Positions 29,003 to 40,914 of a DNA stretch of 64,000 nt are shown here, piece after piece. Where the stretch lies: assembly GCA_963786485.1 (NCBI GenBank), contig CAWAZN010000003.1, positions 46,553 through 110,552 on the forward strand, written 5' to 3'. This DNA comes from an uncultured Acidobacteriota bacterium. GTDB lineage: Bacteria > Acidobacteriota > Terriglobia > Acidiferrales > UBA7541. The notes under the pieces were generated by a model that was given only the letters and a program-made list of their open reading frames with translations, made no database searches and was not told where the DNA came from. A program made the position numbers and the translations under genes. Position 1 is the stretch's first letter; each line of letters starts with the position of its first letter.

Positions 29003-30892
29003 TCAGCCGCCTCCGCCGTCTCCTCCCACCCCTGCGGCATCTGCGCCGCCGCCCGCAACATCAGTCGCACCACCCCCGGCATCGGACGCGATTGAATATC
29101 CAGCACCATCGTGGCCATCGGTCATGTTGGCGTGATCAGTCGCATTGCTTGAGTTGGGGTCATGCGCGTGGTCGGTAGTACTTGGGTCGAACCCACCAGC
29201 GTGGACTGCATGACCGTCATGGCCATCGGTCATGTTGGCTTGGTCAGTCACATTGCTTGAGTTGGCGTCGTGCGCGTGGTCGGTAGTGCTTGGGTCGAAC
29301 CCACCAGCGTGGGCTGCATGACCGTCATGGCCATCGGTCATGTTGGCTTGATCAGTCACATTGCTTGAGTTGGCGTCGTGCGCATGGTCGGTAGTACTTG
29401 GGTCGAACCCACCAGCGTGGGCTGCATGACCGTCATGGCCATCGGTCATGTTGGCTTGATCAGTCACATTGCTTGAGTTGGCGTCGTGCGCATGGTCGGT
29501 AGTACTTGGGTCGAACCCACCAGCGTGGACTGCATGACCGTCATGGCCATCGGTCATGTTGGCTTGATCAGTCACGTGCTTGAGTTGGCGTCGTGCGCAT
29601 GGTCGGTAGTACTTGGGTCGAACCCACCAGCGTGGGCTGCATGACCGTCATGGCCATCGGTCATGTTGGCTTGATCAGTCACATTGCTTGAGTTGGCGTC
29701 GTGCGCATGGTCGGTAGTACTTGGGTCGAACCCACCAGCGTGGACTGCATGACCGTCATGGCCATCGGTCATGTTGGCTTGATCGTCAGTCGTATTGCTT
29801 CGTCGCCGTGGTGCGCATGGTCGGTAGTACTTGCGTCGAATGCTTCAATGTGGACCGCATGACTGTCATGGCCATCGGTCGTATTGTCTTGGCCGCCATG
29901 AGTCTGGTCGCTGGTTCTCGGGTCAAATGTCTCAATGGCAACCACTCGTCCGTCCGCACCACCGCTCGCACTGTGTTGCACATCTGTGGCGGTTGGGTTC
30001 TGCGAACTATTTTCTACGGTCGTATCGTCGACTTTACCGAGATGACTGACGTCCTTCAACTCATTCGAGCTTTCGAGCCTTGTGTGGGTGATCGGTTCGT
30101 CTCTGACTTCGCTAACGTCATTCGCGTGGTGAGCGTCTTTCTCTAGGATGTAGGCGGGGTCGTCTTCATGGTAAAACACCTGGACGTTGTCGCCTTGGAA
30201 CAAGGCCGAGACTGCGGCGTTTAGTGCAGGCGTTGCTTCGTCGTAAGAATCTAAAAGGTGATTGAGAAATGCCGAAAGCAGTTCGTAACCAGCCTGGACG
30301 GCTGCATAGTCAGTGCCACGCTCTAAGCGATTCCCAGTGAGAAAAACAGCATCGAAGGATTCACGATGAAAAGTCCCGTGGGTATCCGTTCGATCGGATA
30401 CTCCAGCTGTCAGAGGCAAGATATCTCCGATCACCTGTGTGAATATAGGAGAGAACACGTTGAAGGCGACGACTCGCGCGTGAGGGTCGGTGGGATGGGA
30501 AGCATCGCGAAAAACGTGGTCGCTGCTATAGCTGTCTTGCAGAGCATGAATCGCTGCTCCGAGATGTTGCCAGAGCAATCCTGGTTGTCGCTCGTTGTAA
30601 GCAAGCTGCGCGGCAACCAGATTCTAACTATGAATTCACGAACGTTCTGTAGATTTTGGGCTCCGCTCTTATAAGGATCAGCGATGCTGTGTTCTTGTTG
30701 CACATTCGGTAGGAGATAACCTGAAATCCATGTGCCGCCGCCTATTCTGTCCGCGTGAGCTTGCCATTTGTTAAGATTTGTAAAAAATCGTTCCTTACTT
30801 TGGCCCAAAAGCATTCCGCCGTGTTCGCCGAACGATTCAAACAGTTTTTCTACCGTTTGATGTGTGATGGCGACGTGTCCTGGTTGCTCCAT
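29003..30892 (-). pseudogene. Frameshifted gene: Zn-dependent phospholipase C/Het-C-like domain plus His/Asp-rich 36-aa repeats
   Basis: MEQPGH N-terminus; HLGAAIHALQDSYSSDH motif; frame breaks near 30560, 29785 and 29575. Confidence 0.6.
29105..29784. repeat. 108-bp tandem repeat, six full units plus partial and degenerate copies to ~29960
   Basis: Unit starts at 29105, 29213, 29321, 29429, 29537, 29644 and 29752 (one unit is 107 bp). Confidence 0.95.
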
Positions 30893-30949
30893 AGGTGATC
30901 GTCTCCGTCCTACGAAACTGTCTCGAGTAAGTAACGGAACGACTCGACG

Positions 30950-32019
30950 TCAACGGATTATGCCTTTGATCAGAGTATTTCCTCTTAGGAGCAAGATCAA
31001 ATTTCGTAGTTTAGTTGTGAACAACTCCAACTCAGTAATCTCCGAAAAACCTATCAATTCAACTACCTCATGCTTCTTCGTATCACCCTGTTCACTAACG
31101 CTTAGTTCAATCACCCCATCTCCAGTCCAACGGTTGAACATAGATTGCGTTACTTCAATATGCTCAACCCGGAATAGCTCAACGTTGCGTGTTCTCTTTG
31201 AAATGATACCGGACTTTAGCATAAGCCGGCCTCCTTCAAACACATACTCGGTCGTTTGTATCTGCATAATCAGAAATATTAAGAAGGCGAGCGCGGCTAC
31301 AACCAAGGTCAAAAAGAACGGATCAACCTTCTGCCGAAAGCTTGGCGTTGCCAAAGCGAGCACAAAGAACCACGAAATAACGACTAGACCCAGTAACAAC
31401 GATCTAAGTGTTAGTGATTCAGAGAATGCTGACATCCGCGGCTTGCGCGTGGACGCCAACTCGTCAATCAAGGTTACGGTTTGTTTCGCTAATTCACCCT
31501 TATCTTTATCTAAGACTCCCATCAAACCGACACGAGGCTTCTCTGAAGTTTGAGACGTGCCTGAATCTGGTAGCACTTCGACTGTCGGGGCCACTTTCGA
31601 ACTGAAAGTCGAACCCACCGGAGACCGCTGATCGGCACCATTTTCCTGCACGATGTTCGGTACAGCAGATGGCTCATTGAGGGCCGAACGATGCTGTGGA
31701 TTTATCTCGAGCGCCCGTCGAAAGTAATATGGAGCTTGATTCTGTTCCCCACGTCGTTCGCAAATTTTCCCCAAGTAATAAAAAGCGTTGTCGTTCCTGG
31801 ATCGTTTTCCAGGCACTGACGAAATTCGTATTCAGATTTACTGAGATTCCCGCGCGAAAACTGGATAACTCCGAGACCAAAATGGGCGGCACCTATTTCC
31901 AAACCATCCGAGATAAGCTTGTCGAATATAATCTGGCTCTCATTTAGCCTTCCTTGACCTGCAAGAGTTTTAGCTTTATCTATTAAATCTCGTGGTACCT
32001 GTGGACTATCGTTTGACAT
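30950..32019 (-). CDS. TPR + two TM + bacterial PH (bPH_2-like) domain protein, frameshifted near 31800
   Basis: AHFGLG and AFYYLG TPR helices; TTEYV..GRL..KSGIISKR..VELFRV..QS PH signature. Confidence 0.7.
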
Positions 32020-32459
32020 AGTACGAACCCCCAGTCCCAGATTGTGAGGAAAAGTAATTCTAGTTTCCGGCGATGCCCGCGTGCGAATCTCTTGAACGGC
32101 CCGCTAAACTATATTCTGGAGTGAATTAATCTCGCGCGGCGAGGGCAGGATCGCCAAATTATTCGCGACACTATCACATTATTGGCAAAAGTAATAGCCA
32201 GGTAGGAGTGCATCTGGTTTGCGAAGAACGGCGAACAGAGTCTGTGGCTTACCTCGCAAAATAGGGCAGTTTCGCCTCTCCTACCACCTAACCCGTCAAC
32301 GCCACGAGGGGGATAGAGGGGAGGCCCCCCAATTGTTACCCGTCGTAAATGGAGCTCACAAAGACGAGGGTGGGTGGGCAAGGCAAAACAAAAGAAAAAC
32401 AAAAACAAAAAAAAGGAGGGAGGATCTGGCTGCCTATCGGTCAAAGGTTCAGAAGGAAA

Positions 32460-34383
32460 TTATTTTGGGAGATTACTCAATTCGGTCGTGCTCGGGGTAT
32501 CGAGCACCACGGCTGGATCGGTGAATTTGACTGTGAGATTGCCGTTAAGATCCATTACAGCGATACCGATGCGCTTGTCTTCTTTGTTGGCGCTGCTCAG
32601 CGTAAAATCCTCTTCAGTATTTCGATGAATATCAACCTTCCAATCGAAGTCAAAGTCGATGATTTTTGCATCAGGCGGTGTCAGTTTTTGGTCGTACGTA
32701 AACGTCACTTCTTTTTGAGTTTGATTTACTATGTGTTTTATTTCTGTCCAAGTGGGACCGGCTATCTCATTCTCAAATTTTTCTTTAATATGCAGGTTAA
32801 TTCCAAAGTTGCCGCCTCCCCTGTAGCGCCCCTGACCCCGAGCTATTGCCGTCACCTCACATCCGCCAGGCGTTCGCAGTGGACCGTTCAATATGCCAGA
32901 ATCACCATCTTTAGAGGTTACCTCATACCAGCACTCGAGAGCTTCCCCGCCATTGTCAACGGGTAGAGCCCAAGTTTGAGTACTTGTGTCGGTTTGGCCG
33001 GCTTCGAGGTAAAAGCGTTGCGACTTGGTAGCGTAGGTTGATTGGCGAATTCGGGGAGTAATGGAAACGTCGAGACTATTCACCAGGTAAGGATCAATCG
33101 TAAACATCCATCGCAACTTTAATTTAGACTTGTTCTTGTTTATAGCATTCCAATTAAATTCCGCGAGTGCAATCAAACTTCCTCTCGGACGCAGGATCCC
33201 CCGAGCCGCCATTTATTCCACCCGGTAACGGCATTTGAATTATCGTGTCTCCTCCGGCAGCGGGCAAAGTAAAATGCTTGTCGGGAGTCGGTATTATCAA
33301 GGATGCATCAGGATAGTCTCCACCTTTGCGGAGACTTATGCCGCGGAACGTCAGAAACCTCTCGTGTAAGGTGCCAGCATCTCGGATATAGGGAGTCGTA
33401 ATGCAGAGCAAATCCGGCGAGGGTGCCCTCTTAAAAATCGGCAAAAGATTCAGTTGCGCTGCCGCGACGGCTGCCTGGCACAGCAAATCTGAGGCATGCG
33501 CAAAGCCTTTGTTCTCAAGGTCGTCTAATGCGATCTGCGTGTCGTAAGATAACTGCATTGCAGTATTTACTGCGACCTGTTCTCGCTCGGTTAATTTGTC
33601 GAACGTCTGGTTGAGGCGATCCTTAAAAACGACATTCATATCTTGTATAGATATTGCAAGATGTTCTCGCAATGCGAACAGTTGGCTGGTCGCTATTTCG
33701 TCCGCTCGGTCCAAAGCGCCGTCGATCGTGTTTTGGAGAAGCGTCATACCCAGAATTATGGAGGCGGGATCTATCAAGGCTGCCGCGCTCTGCCGATCAC
33801 CGAACTGTTGTTTGCTTAAGCTTTTCAATGCGTTCGCATTTGGCGTTGCTACCAAACGTCGTTCTGCAGCCAAAACATCGACATTGGACAAGTTAAGTCT
33901 AAATAGCGTTTCTGGGTTTACCGATTCTTTAATGTTGCTCGGATTGAGAAGAAGTTTATTTCGTTGCTCGATAATTTGGTTTCGATATTCCGCAAAACTT
34001 AGTTTTTCGGCGAATGTTTTGGGGCTGGCACGAAGGACTGTAACTACGCTCGACACATCTGGTGTCGCGGGGATAAATATATCGCTCCACTGACTGAACG
34101 TTCTTTTCGGCTCAGATGGCATCGAACTGTCCATATAGCTGATAATTACTTTCGAGAATGCGTTATAGCTTACGTCTCGCACGAACCGAAGCTCCCTAAC
34201 CTTGTTGCCATTCGGCTCCGTCACAAACACAGGGGTAAGAGAAGGATTACGGACGCCTTGTTCGAGCACGACAGTGCCATCACCAGCGGCGCCCTTCGAT
34301 GGGGTAGTTGTCTGGGCTGCAAGAGATGAGTTAAGGGCAATAGCAAATAATAAACTGAAAATTGAAGTTCTCAGTAGCTTCAT
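32460..34383 (-). CDS. Secreted hypothetical protein, frameshifted near 33190
   Basis: Signal peptide MKLLRT..SLAAQ; helical middle region; two overlapping ORFs. Confidence 0.55.
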
Positions 34384-34878
34384 TACAAACCTCACATTTA
34401 CGCAGGAGCCCATAGCAACATAACGAAAAATCACAACTGCGGTATCATATAGGTTACGTCTTGTATTATTTAAATCACTTATAGTCAAGTCTTATTTCGA
34501 GAACAACCTTATCGACTGACCTTCGGCGGCAACCTTTTACGTAGAAATTCGGTTCGGTTTCGTCGCTGAGATGGACAACATGTTCATCGCTTTCGCATTA
34601 GGACAAAGGTCAAACTCGTTCTCAGCCACTTACAGTATGTATTGTGCCAACGCACCAGCGAAGGAATGCGGGGAATTAGATCTTATATTCGATGCTAACG
34701 GCCCCGTGTAATACGACGACGAAGTCCCTCTCCTTATTTTGAACTCGAACCCAACATTCTGAATTTCAAGTAAGTACTTGAATCTGTATATTATAAATAG
34801 TACAGTCACGCCTAATTTCGAAGGATTCGTTTATCTGATAATTTAATCAGCATTTGTCCTCCGACAGGAGTTCCAAAG

Positions 34879-36309
34879 ATGCTTGTAAAAAAGTACGCCA
34901 GTTGGCTTAAGCCCTCGATTACGTTCTGTTGGACTTGCTTCACGCTGCTCGTTGCTCCTTCGTTATCGGCCCAGGGTGAAAATCTTGTTCCCGTCCGCGC
35001 TACGGCGAAAGCGTTGTCCACCGCAGAGATAACCACACGGCTGAATGACTTGTCGAGTTGGTCGGACATCTCGGAATTCAGAAGTTATTTCCTGCTTTTG
35101 CCGAGGAAAATCGACCTGAAGCAGGGAACCGCCGCGTTGGCTCAGGCTGCGGGTGATAACAGGGTTTTCGATTTCGCGCCCTATCAATTAACCGATAACC
35201 GGATGGTTCTAAAACTGGAAAAGACTGATCATCCGACTGGGGGAGCAGGGCCATTAAACGCGGCCTACAACGCTCAACTAAATCATTTATTCGATACAAA
35301 TAGCGGGGGTGATCCGCGCGACTCTATTTGCGTTCTTATGGATGGATTCGGCACTCCGGAGTACGTCCGGGCCGCCGAAATTTTTCAGGATTACTTCATC
35401 GGAGGGTTGGTCACTCGCCTTGTTTTGGGCCAGTATGCGCGGCAATGGGCTGCTGCTGACCCCGCAATGAATGCCCAAATGGTTAATTTCACCGACTCCG
35501 TGAATGCTCCCACATTGGACGACTTCAGTCACAAAATAACATTCAAATACGTGCTGGGAGTTCCCCAAAAGTTGCTGTCCCTGGATGAATCAATAGCTGC
35601 CGAGTTTTCGATCTTTCCTATCGGGCCGCCTGCAATCATGTGGGGTTGGAGGGCGGGAGAGAAGCTTGACGCTCTATTGGGTGGGAAAGACGAACGCTAT
35701 CGGACCGATGTCATGGATCTTCTGAAATCGAGAATTTCTCCCTACCAAGCTGGAATCCTCGTCGGCTTCACCCTCGATTACATGAATGGATTCGTCAGAA
35801 ATTCGCACGTGGCTAAGCTCTCTCCTAATTCGACTCCAGAAACTGACCTAACTGCTATTGCTAAAAACCTTGGATCGGATCCGAAAGTAGTAGAGGTTCG
35901 TGATCTAATATCTAACCTTCATCGAATGATGACCCTTGAGCTTTACAGTTTTGTGCAAGCCCAACCAGCAGCACTCAACGCCCAGAAACGTTTAGAAGTT
36001 GCCGCTGTTCAATTGGCATTTCTTGATGGGTTCGAAGTAGGCTCACTGAATGCTGCTGACGAAGTTTTTAACCAAACGTTTCAAATAGCCTATACAGCGG
36101 GATTTGAGAACGGATGGAGGTTTGGGTACGAACAAGGATACGCAGCAGGTTGGACAGGTGGTTACTTACAGGGCTACGGTCAAGCGTGGCAGAAAGCCAA
36201 TGCAATGATGTCATCACTGCAAGCGACAGCGAAGTCGAGTCCGAGCCTCGAAACAATAGTACAGGACGCCCAAACCGCAGCTACCGTAATAGCAGCACTT
36301 TTTGGCTGA
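34879..36309 (+). CDS. Secreted hypothetical protein with C-terminal GxxxG aromatic repeats
   Basis: Signal peptide ending LSA-Q; GFENGWRFGYEQGYAAGWTGGYLQGYG run. Confidence 0.7.
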   Translation: MLVKKYASWLKPSITFCWTCFTLLVAPSLSAQGENLVPVRATAKALSTAEITTRLNDLSSWSDISEFRSYFLLLPRKIDLKQGTAALAQAAGDNRVFDFAPYQLTDNRMVLKLEKTDHPTGGAGPLNAAYNAQLNHLFDTNSGGDPRDSICVLMDGFGTPEYVRAAEIFQDYFIGGLVTRLVLGQYARQWAAADPAMNAQMVNFTDSVNAPTLDDFSHKITFKYVLGVPQKLLSLDESIAAEFSIFPIGPPAIMWGWRAGEKLDALLGGKDERYRTDVMDLLKSRISPYQAGILVGFTLDYMNGFVRNSHVAKLSPNSTPETDLTAIAKNLGSDPKVVEVRDLISNLHRMMTLELYSFVQAQPAALNAQKRLEVAAVQLAFLDGFEVGSLNAADEVFNQTFQIAYTAGFENGWRFGYEQGYAAGWTGGYLQGYGQAWQKANAMMSSLQATAKSSPSLETIVQDAQTAATVIAALFG

Positions 36310-36343
36310 ACTTTAAAATACCAAGAAAGTGGACGGGGAACCT

Positions 36344-37996
36344 ATGGCAGACAGCCCGCTCAAAATTCAACTGGCCATACAGGGCGGTGGCGCGAAAATA
36401 GCGGCACTCTTGGCAACGCTAGAAGCTGTGAACGAATTGCAAAAAGAAGGTGAGATCACGGTTACACGCATCGCAGGAACCTCTGCTGGTGCCATTGTAG
36501 GCTGCCTTTATGCTGCCGGCGACAACGTTATACAGCTCGCACGCATAAGGCTATCTAATATCAAGCCTCCAGATATTGAAAGGACGTTTCCTCAGCCATG
36601 GCCTCTTGGTATATTTTCGCCAGGTTCTGTAAAACGAGCGCACATGCTATATCGTTTGGCCAAAGGCAACCCTCTTTGGGCCACGACTTTCGTAGAAAAA
36701 ATTCTTGCGGAAGTACTGCAAGAAGCGGGTGGGTTCGAAACTGTCAATGAGCTAAATCGTGCGCGGGGAATTAAGGTTAAGATAATCGCGGCGGACTTGA
36801 CGAATTCCGGAAAGGTGGTTCATGAAGGTGACGAGCCGCTGATGACGGCATTGATGGACTCATGCGGTATCCCTTTTTGTTTTCGTACTTGGAGCAAAGG
36901 CGGAAGTAGGGTGATAGTAGATGGGGGAATCTGTGAGAATTTACCCTCCGAGGAGTTGGACAGCCCTCAAGATATTGACGAGTTTGGTCGCGTCGTGGGG
37001 ATTTCATTTAAGAAGCCATCTCCGAAGCGAGTACATGATCCGCTCAGTTTCTCGACTGCTTTACTCGATACCGCAATGCAAAATTCGATGGAACGTGCTC
37101 GAAGTCGATTGGGGGCAGGTTCGGTATTTTCGATCGAGACAAAACTGGATACGTTCGATTTTGTCGACGCCGTTGTTAATGGGCTAGATGTAGCAGCCGC
37201 TTACGGTTTTGTGAAAGGACGAGCAAAGGAATGGTTTAAAGGTTTCATTGATCGCCAGAAAAGATCCAAACAAGTAATTGTCGGAGACCCATGGTCTACG
37301 CAAGGTATCCCTTTGATGGAGCGCTTGGGACGCGTTTACGACGCGCAACACAAATCGACCAAATTTACCTATGGGCATTGCAGTGTGGCCGTTCAGGCCC
37401 GATCCCTGTTAAACAAAAATCATCCCGACCACGGAAAACCAGACTTAGTTCATTACAAAGCTAAATTCAACACACTTTCTGAACGTGTCTACTGCCATAG
37501 AGTTCTCGTTTCCGATGCCGTTCAAGAGACGACATTAGAACAAACTTCTTGGCACGTGATAGATCTCACAAATCAGAAAGAAGTGAAGGCGATAGATTTA
37601 CCTATGAGGAGCTCCGGCTCCGGCAGCGGCAGAAGTCGTGAATTGCTCCTGTTCCTCGACCCAATTTTAGAACCTCATACTGGCCCTTATCTCTTTGATT
37701 TCCAAGACCTGGTCGAAAAATTCTTACCCTTAGTGGATGGCAAAGATGATTTGGTATACGTTCCAGGGCACGCTGAGGGTGTGGTTGAAAGAATTGATTT
37801 GGTAATCTCTATTCCGAAAGACTACCCGGATATTCGACTGGAACCCAAAAAAGGGGTTGTCGGGAGATTGATGACGGCAGCCGAGCTCGCGGCTGAATAT
37901 TCCACGCAACTGGGTTTTAAAACCTTCGGATGGACTGGATCGAAAGTCGACCCCAGTATCCCGTTCGGGGTTGATATAAGCGTCAGGAATGCATAA
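36344..37996 (+). CDS. Patatin-like phospholipase with unknown C-terminal domain
   Basis: GGGAK oxyanion motif, GTSAG nucleophile, DGG. Confidence 0.9.
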   Translation: MADSPLKIQLAIQGGGAKIAALLATLEAVNELQKEGEITVTRIAGTSAGAIVGCLYAAGDNVIQLARIRLSNIKPPDIERTFPQPWPLGIFSPGSVKRAHMLYRLAKGNPLWATTFVEKILAEVLQEAGGFETVNELNRARGIKVKIIAADLTNSGKVVHEGDEPLMTALMDSCGIPFCFRTWSKGGSRVIVDGGICENLPSEELDSPQDIDEFGRVVGISFKKPSPKRVHDPLSFSTALLDTAMQNSMERARSRLGAGSVFSIETKLDTFDFVDAVVNGLDVAAAYGFVKGRAKEWFKGFIDRQKRSKQVIVGDPWSTQGIPLMERLGRVYDAQHKSTKFTYGHCSVAVQARSLLNKNHPDHGKPDLVHYKAKFNTLSERVYCHRVLVSDAVQETTLEQTSWHVIDLTNQKEVKAIDLPMRSSGSGSGRSRELLLFLDPILEPHTGPYLFDFQDLVEKFLPLVDGKDDLVYVPGHAEGVVERIDLVISIPKDYPDIRLEPKKGVVGRLMTAAELAAEYSTQLGFKTFGWTGSKVDPSIPFGVDISVRNA

Positions 37997-38190
37997 AGAG
38001 CGGGTTTTTTGCTCATAAGCCTTTGATTCTAATGGATTTGTAATTCCCTGTCGACCTATTGACTTGGGGCTCGAGGTGAACTAGTATTTCTGTGAGGAGT
38101 TAACCGCATGACCGGCACAGTAGGGATCTAACCTTCATCCGATACGACGCAACACCCGGAGATTGCTTCTATTGCGTGTTTGTTCCGCCG

Positions 38191-40914
38191 TCATTTTAAC
38201 ACACTCTTCAGTTTCACAACCGTTCCAAGCCGAACTCGCATACCATTTCTAATCCTTTTTATTGTGCGTTCGGATATTCCGGTCGCATTCGCCAATTCAG
38301 TTATTCCCCACTGAGAAGCTTTACGCCTAAGACCTTGTTCCGCAACAGGGCGTTCGGTCTCGTTCGGCCTGTAGACCGCTAGGCGCGAGGTCAAAAGGCT
38401 GAAGTCTTCCTCCCGCTCCAAACGGCGATCGGTTTCCTTCCCACTGTAGCCAAACCCATGAGCCGCTAATACGGGCGTACGAATGAGAAGGCCGCGAGTA
38501 CGCGAGTCGCAAGGGGTGCCGTCCGGTGCCAAGCTCTTAGCTTCCGGGTGCAAGATGTACGAACCGACAACGTCACCGAACGTCTTGGGACCGACCTGAT
38601 ACGACAGGCGTTGTCCGGGCTTCCCCAACTGGAAGAATTTACCGTCATGAACGTTGACCCACCGCGTCTTGTACCAGGTTTCTGGTTCCGAGCTGTAGGG
38701 CGCGATCAACGTAAACCGCTCCTTGTCGACATCGATTGGCAGGCCGCCAGTGAGCCGGTCGATCACAGCGCTCAGAATAAAGTCGAAAGGTTTTATTTGA
38801 TTCTTGTATGCACTATTTTTATGGCGCGTTTGTAAGGCTTTAAACACTTCGGAAGTGGTAATCGTGAACCGCATCATTGCCGGGAATTCGAACCAACTTG
38901 GCGAACTGCGAGGATGCTGCAGTTCACCCCGCAAAATCCAAGCCCACGCTTCGACAACCCAGAGCGGCTCTTTCAGCTCCTCGTCAAGTCCCTTCTTTGG
39001 TGCCAACAAATACCCGAGTCCGTGCCCACTGGCCTTTGCGAGCTTGATATCGTTGTCCGCGTTTCTGGTCCACATCGCGTAGCGCTTCGCGGCTATCGCA
39101 AATCCGTAGAGTTGGAGCTGTTGCTTGTTCTTGGAGAAATTTACCTTCTCAATCTTTAAGATGGAGCCTTTAACGATGCTATGGTCGTAAGGATTTATTT
39201 CTCCGAAACGTTGAACGATATCCCGCACCTGTTGCCATGAAATCGCTTTGACCGCAGGAGCGCCGTCCGGCAGCCGATGATCGCCGCCTGAACAGGGGTT
39301 AAGGTCGCCATTCTCGGTGGAGATGATGGCCATTGAATCGGTATCGCAGAGCAAATAACTCCCGCCTAGGTTCATCACGCTGCGCTCTAACATCGCTAGC
39401 AATAGGCGTCCCGCAGCCGTAATAAGTGAGCCGAAAATCGGGCAATACCACGGACCAGTCCTCTCAAAGATTTCCGAGGTTGTTTCGAACACAGTTTCGC
39501 CCGAGAACACCCGTAATTTCCCCCGGCCGCTTTTCGTGTCCTTCCCGACTCGTTCGGGATCAAGTTGCACGAAGACTCCGTAGGAACCGGCGTTCGCGAT
39601 AATTTTTAGCGAATGTCGAAGGGCCTCACGTTCATTTTCGGGCTTCGTGGTATCGGACTCAGCCAAAGTGCGTGCGTCGATGATCTTTTTGAAGAAGTCT
39701 TCGGTGGTGGGGTCCATGTTCGCTGCGTTACGGAGAGCCACCGTGTGCAGGTTAGGCTGTAGACCATCTGCAATAACTCTAACGGCCTTCAGAATTTTGG
39801 GTGCCTTGCCTGTCAGGATTTTCGCTGCTACCAGGTCGGGTCCCGCGTACCAGATTGGTTTAGCAGAAGTGAGCGGATTGATTCCGATGTTGCTAGTGTC
39901 GCCCGTATAGTTGGTACGCACGGGAAGAATGTCCCGGTCGGGCTCCACAAGAGCAAAAAATGGAAGTCGCGGCCAAAACTTCGCATCAAAAGTTTGATCA
40001 AGAGATATGTTGCCCAGCAATTCAGCGATTTCAGTTGTGGCGTCTACGACCTGAAGGGCAGCTGCGCGGAGAAATGGCCAAAGACCCATGAGGGTGTTTA
40101 CGGTTGGGTATTGCGATAAAAAGTCGGTGTAAACGACCGGGACCGGCGTGTGCCGGATACGAATCTCAGCGCGTCCTCCGTAATAGGACTGCATCGCGAT
40201 TCCCGAAACCTCTGGGGGAACTGGAAATTTCACGCTAGGCTCGGTCAAACCCATCTTCTTGAGATAGGCTTTGGCAATCGACGCCGGAGAATAGGCTTTA
40301 TCAGGGGTCAGATCAATTGGATGAAGATCAAATTCGGCTCGCAAAGCGTTGAGAAGGTCAACTGTTGCGCACACGTCCTGACGGTTGTAATCAATTTCTA
40401 CGTTGCTGACGATTCCGGTGGGTGTGTAGCCACTCAGTTTTCCCTTTAGTCCGCATGCCTTGCAGGCCGATTCCAAGGTGTGTGATTGGCTGAAGAGTGC
40501 CCACGCCAGCGTCCGCAGGTCAAGGGACCGGATTCGTGGCAGCTGTTGTTTCTCCCGTGAGGTTGTGGTGTGAAAAAATGAACCTTTGCCGTCTTTGGGC
40601 TTGATCACTAACCTGGGGTAAAACTGGTTTTCCTTCCGCTCGCCAGTGGAAGGATTTTGCCAGTGACCCATCGTACGGCTGCCGAAGTTGCGCCAATGTT
40701 CAGGAACCCTAGGGAGATCAACTCTCGGAAACATAACTCGCATTTCGTGCCACGCGGTCCAATAAGCTAGGGCTGCTGAATTTCGCGCCGCATTCTGCCG
40801 TCGCTGAGTCTCAGAACGGCGTGCTTGCGCCTCTGGGGAATGAGTAGCCAGTCGGCCCAACTTCGCCGCCTCATCACGTTCTCTCGAGAGATTGCCGGAA
40901 CCCAGCTTCGACAA
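38191..40914 (-). CDS. Family B DNA polymerase, N-terminally truncated/chimeric, with C-terminal HTH
   Basis: YNRQD (ExoIII), YYGGR, DFLSQYP, KIIANAGSYG, CDTDS, KRY; no ExoI motif recognised. Confidence 0.85.
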   Translation of the reverse strand: MSKLGSGNLSRERDEAAKLGRLATHSPEAQARRSETQRRQNAARNSAALAYWTAWHEMRVMFPRVDLPRVPEHWRNFGSRTMGHWQNPSTGERKENQFYPRLVIKPKDGKGSFFHTTTSREKQQLPRIRSLDLRTLAWALFSQSHTLESACKACGLKGKLSGYTPTGIVSNVEIDYNRQDVCATVDLLNALRAEFDLHPIDLTPDKAYSPASIAKAYLKKMGLTEPSVKFPVPPEVSGIAMQSYYGGRAEIRIRHTPVPVVYTDFLSQYPTVNTLMGLWPFLRAAALQVVDATTEIAELLGNISLDQTFDAKFWPRLPFFALVEPDRDILPVRTNYTGDTSNIGINPLTSAKPIWYAGPDLVAAKILTGKAPKILKAVRVIADGLQPNLHTVALRNAANMDPTTEDFFKKIIDARTLAESDTTKPENEREALRHSLKIIANAGSYGVFVQLDPERVGKDTKSGRGKLRVFSGETVFETTSEIFERTGPWYCPIFGSLITAAGRLLLAMLERSVMNLGGSYLLCDTDSMAIISTENGDLNPCSGGDHRLPDGAPAVKAISWQQVRDIVQRFGEINPYDHSIVKGSILKIEKVNFSKNKQQLQLYGFAIAAKRYAMWTRNADNDIKLAKASGHGLGYLLAPKKGLDEELKEPLWVVEAWAWILRGELQHPRSSPSWFEFPAMMRFTITTSEVFKALQTRHKNSAYKNQIKPFDFILSAVIDRLTGGLPIDVDKERFTLIAPYSSEPETWYKTRWVNVHDGKFFQLGKPGQRLSYQVGPKTFGDVVGSYILHPEAKSLAPDGTPCDSRTRGLLIRTPVLAAHGFGYSGKETDRRLEREEDFSLLTSRLAVYRPNETERPVAEQGLRRKASQWGITELANATGISERTIKRIRNGMRVRLGTVVKLKSVLK

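Noticed and set aside
29105-29784. Possible CRISPR array
   Set aside because: Units are contiguous, near-identical 108-mers with no unique spacers, and they encode a peptide repeat.
6696-33212. Frequent frameshifts as programmed frameshifting
   Set aside because: Scattered single-base indels in unrelated genes, some in homopolymers; sequencing error or decay is simpler and needs raw reads to resolve.
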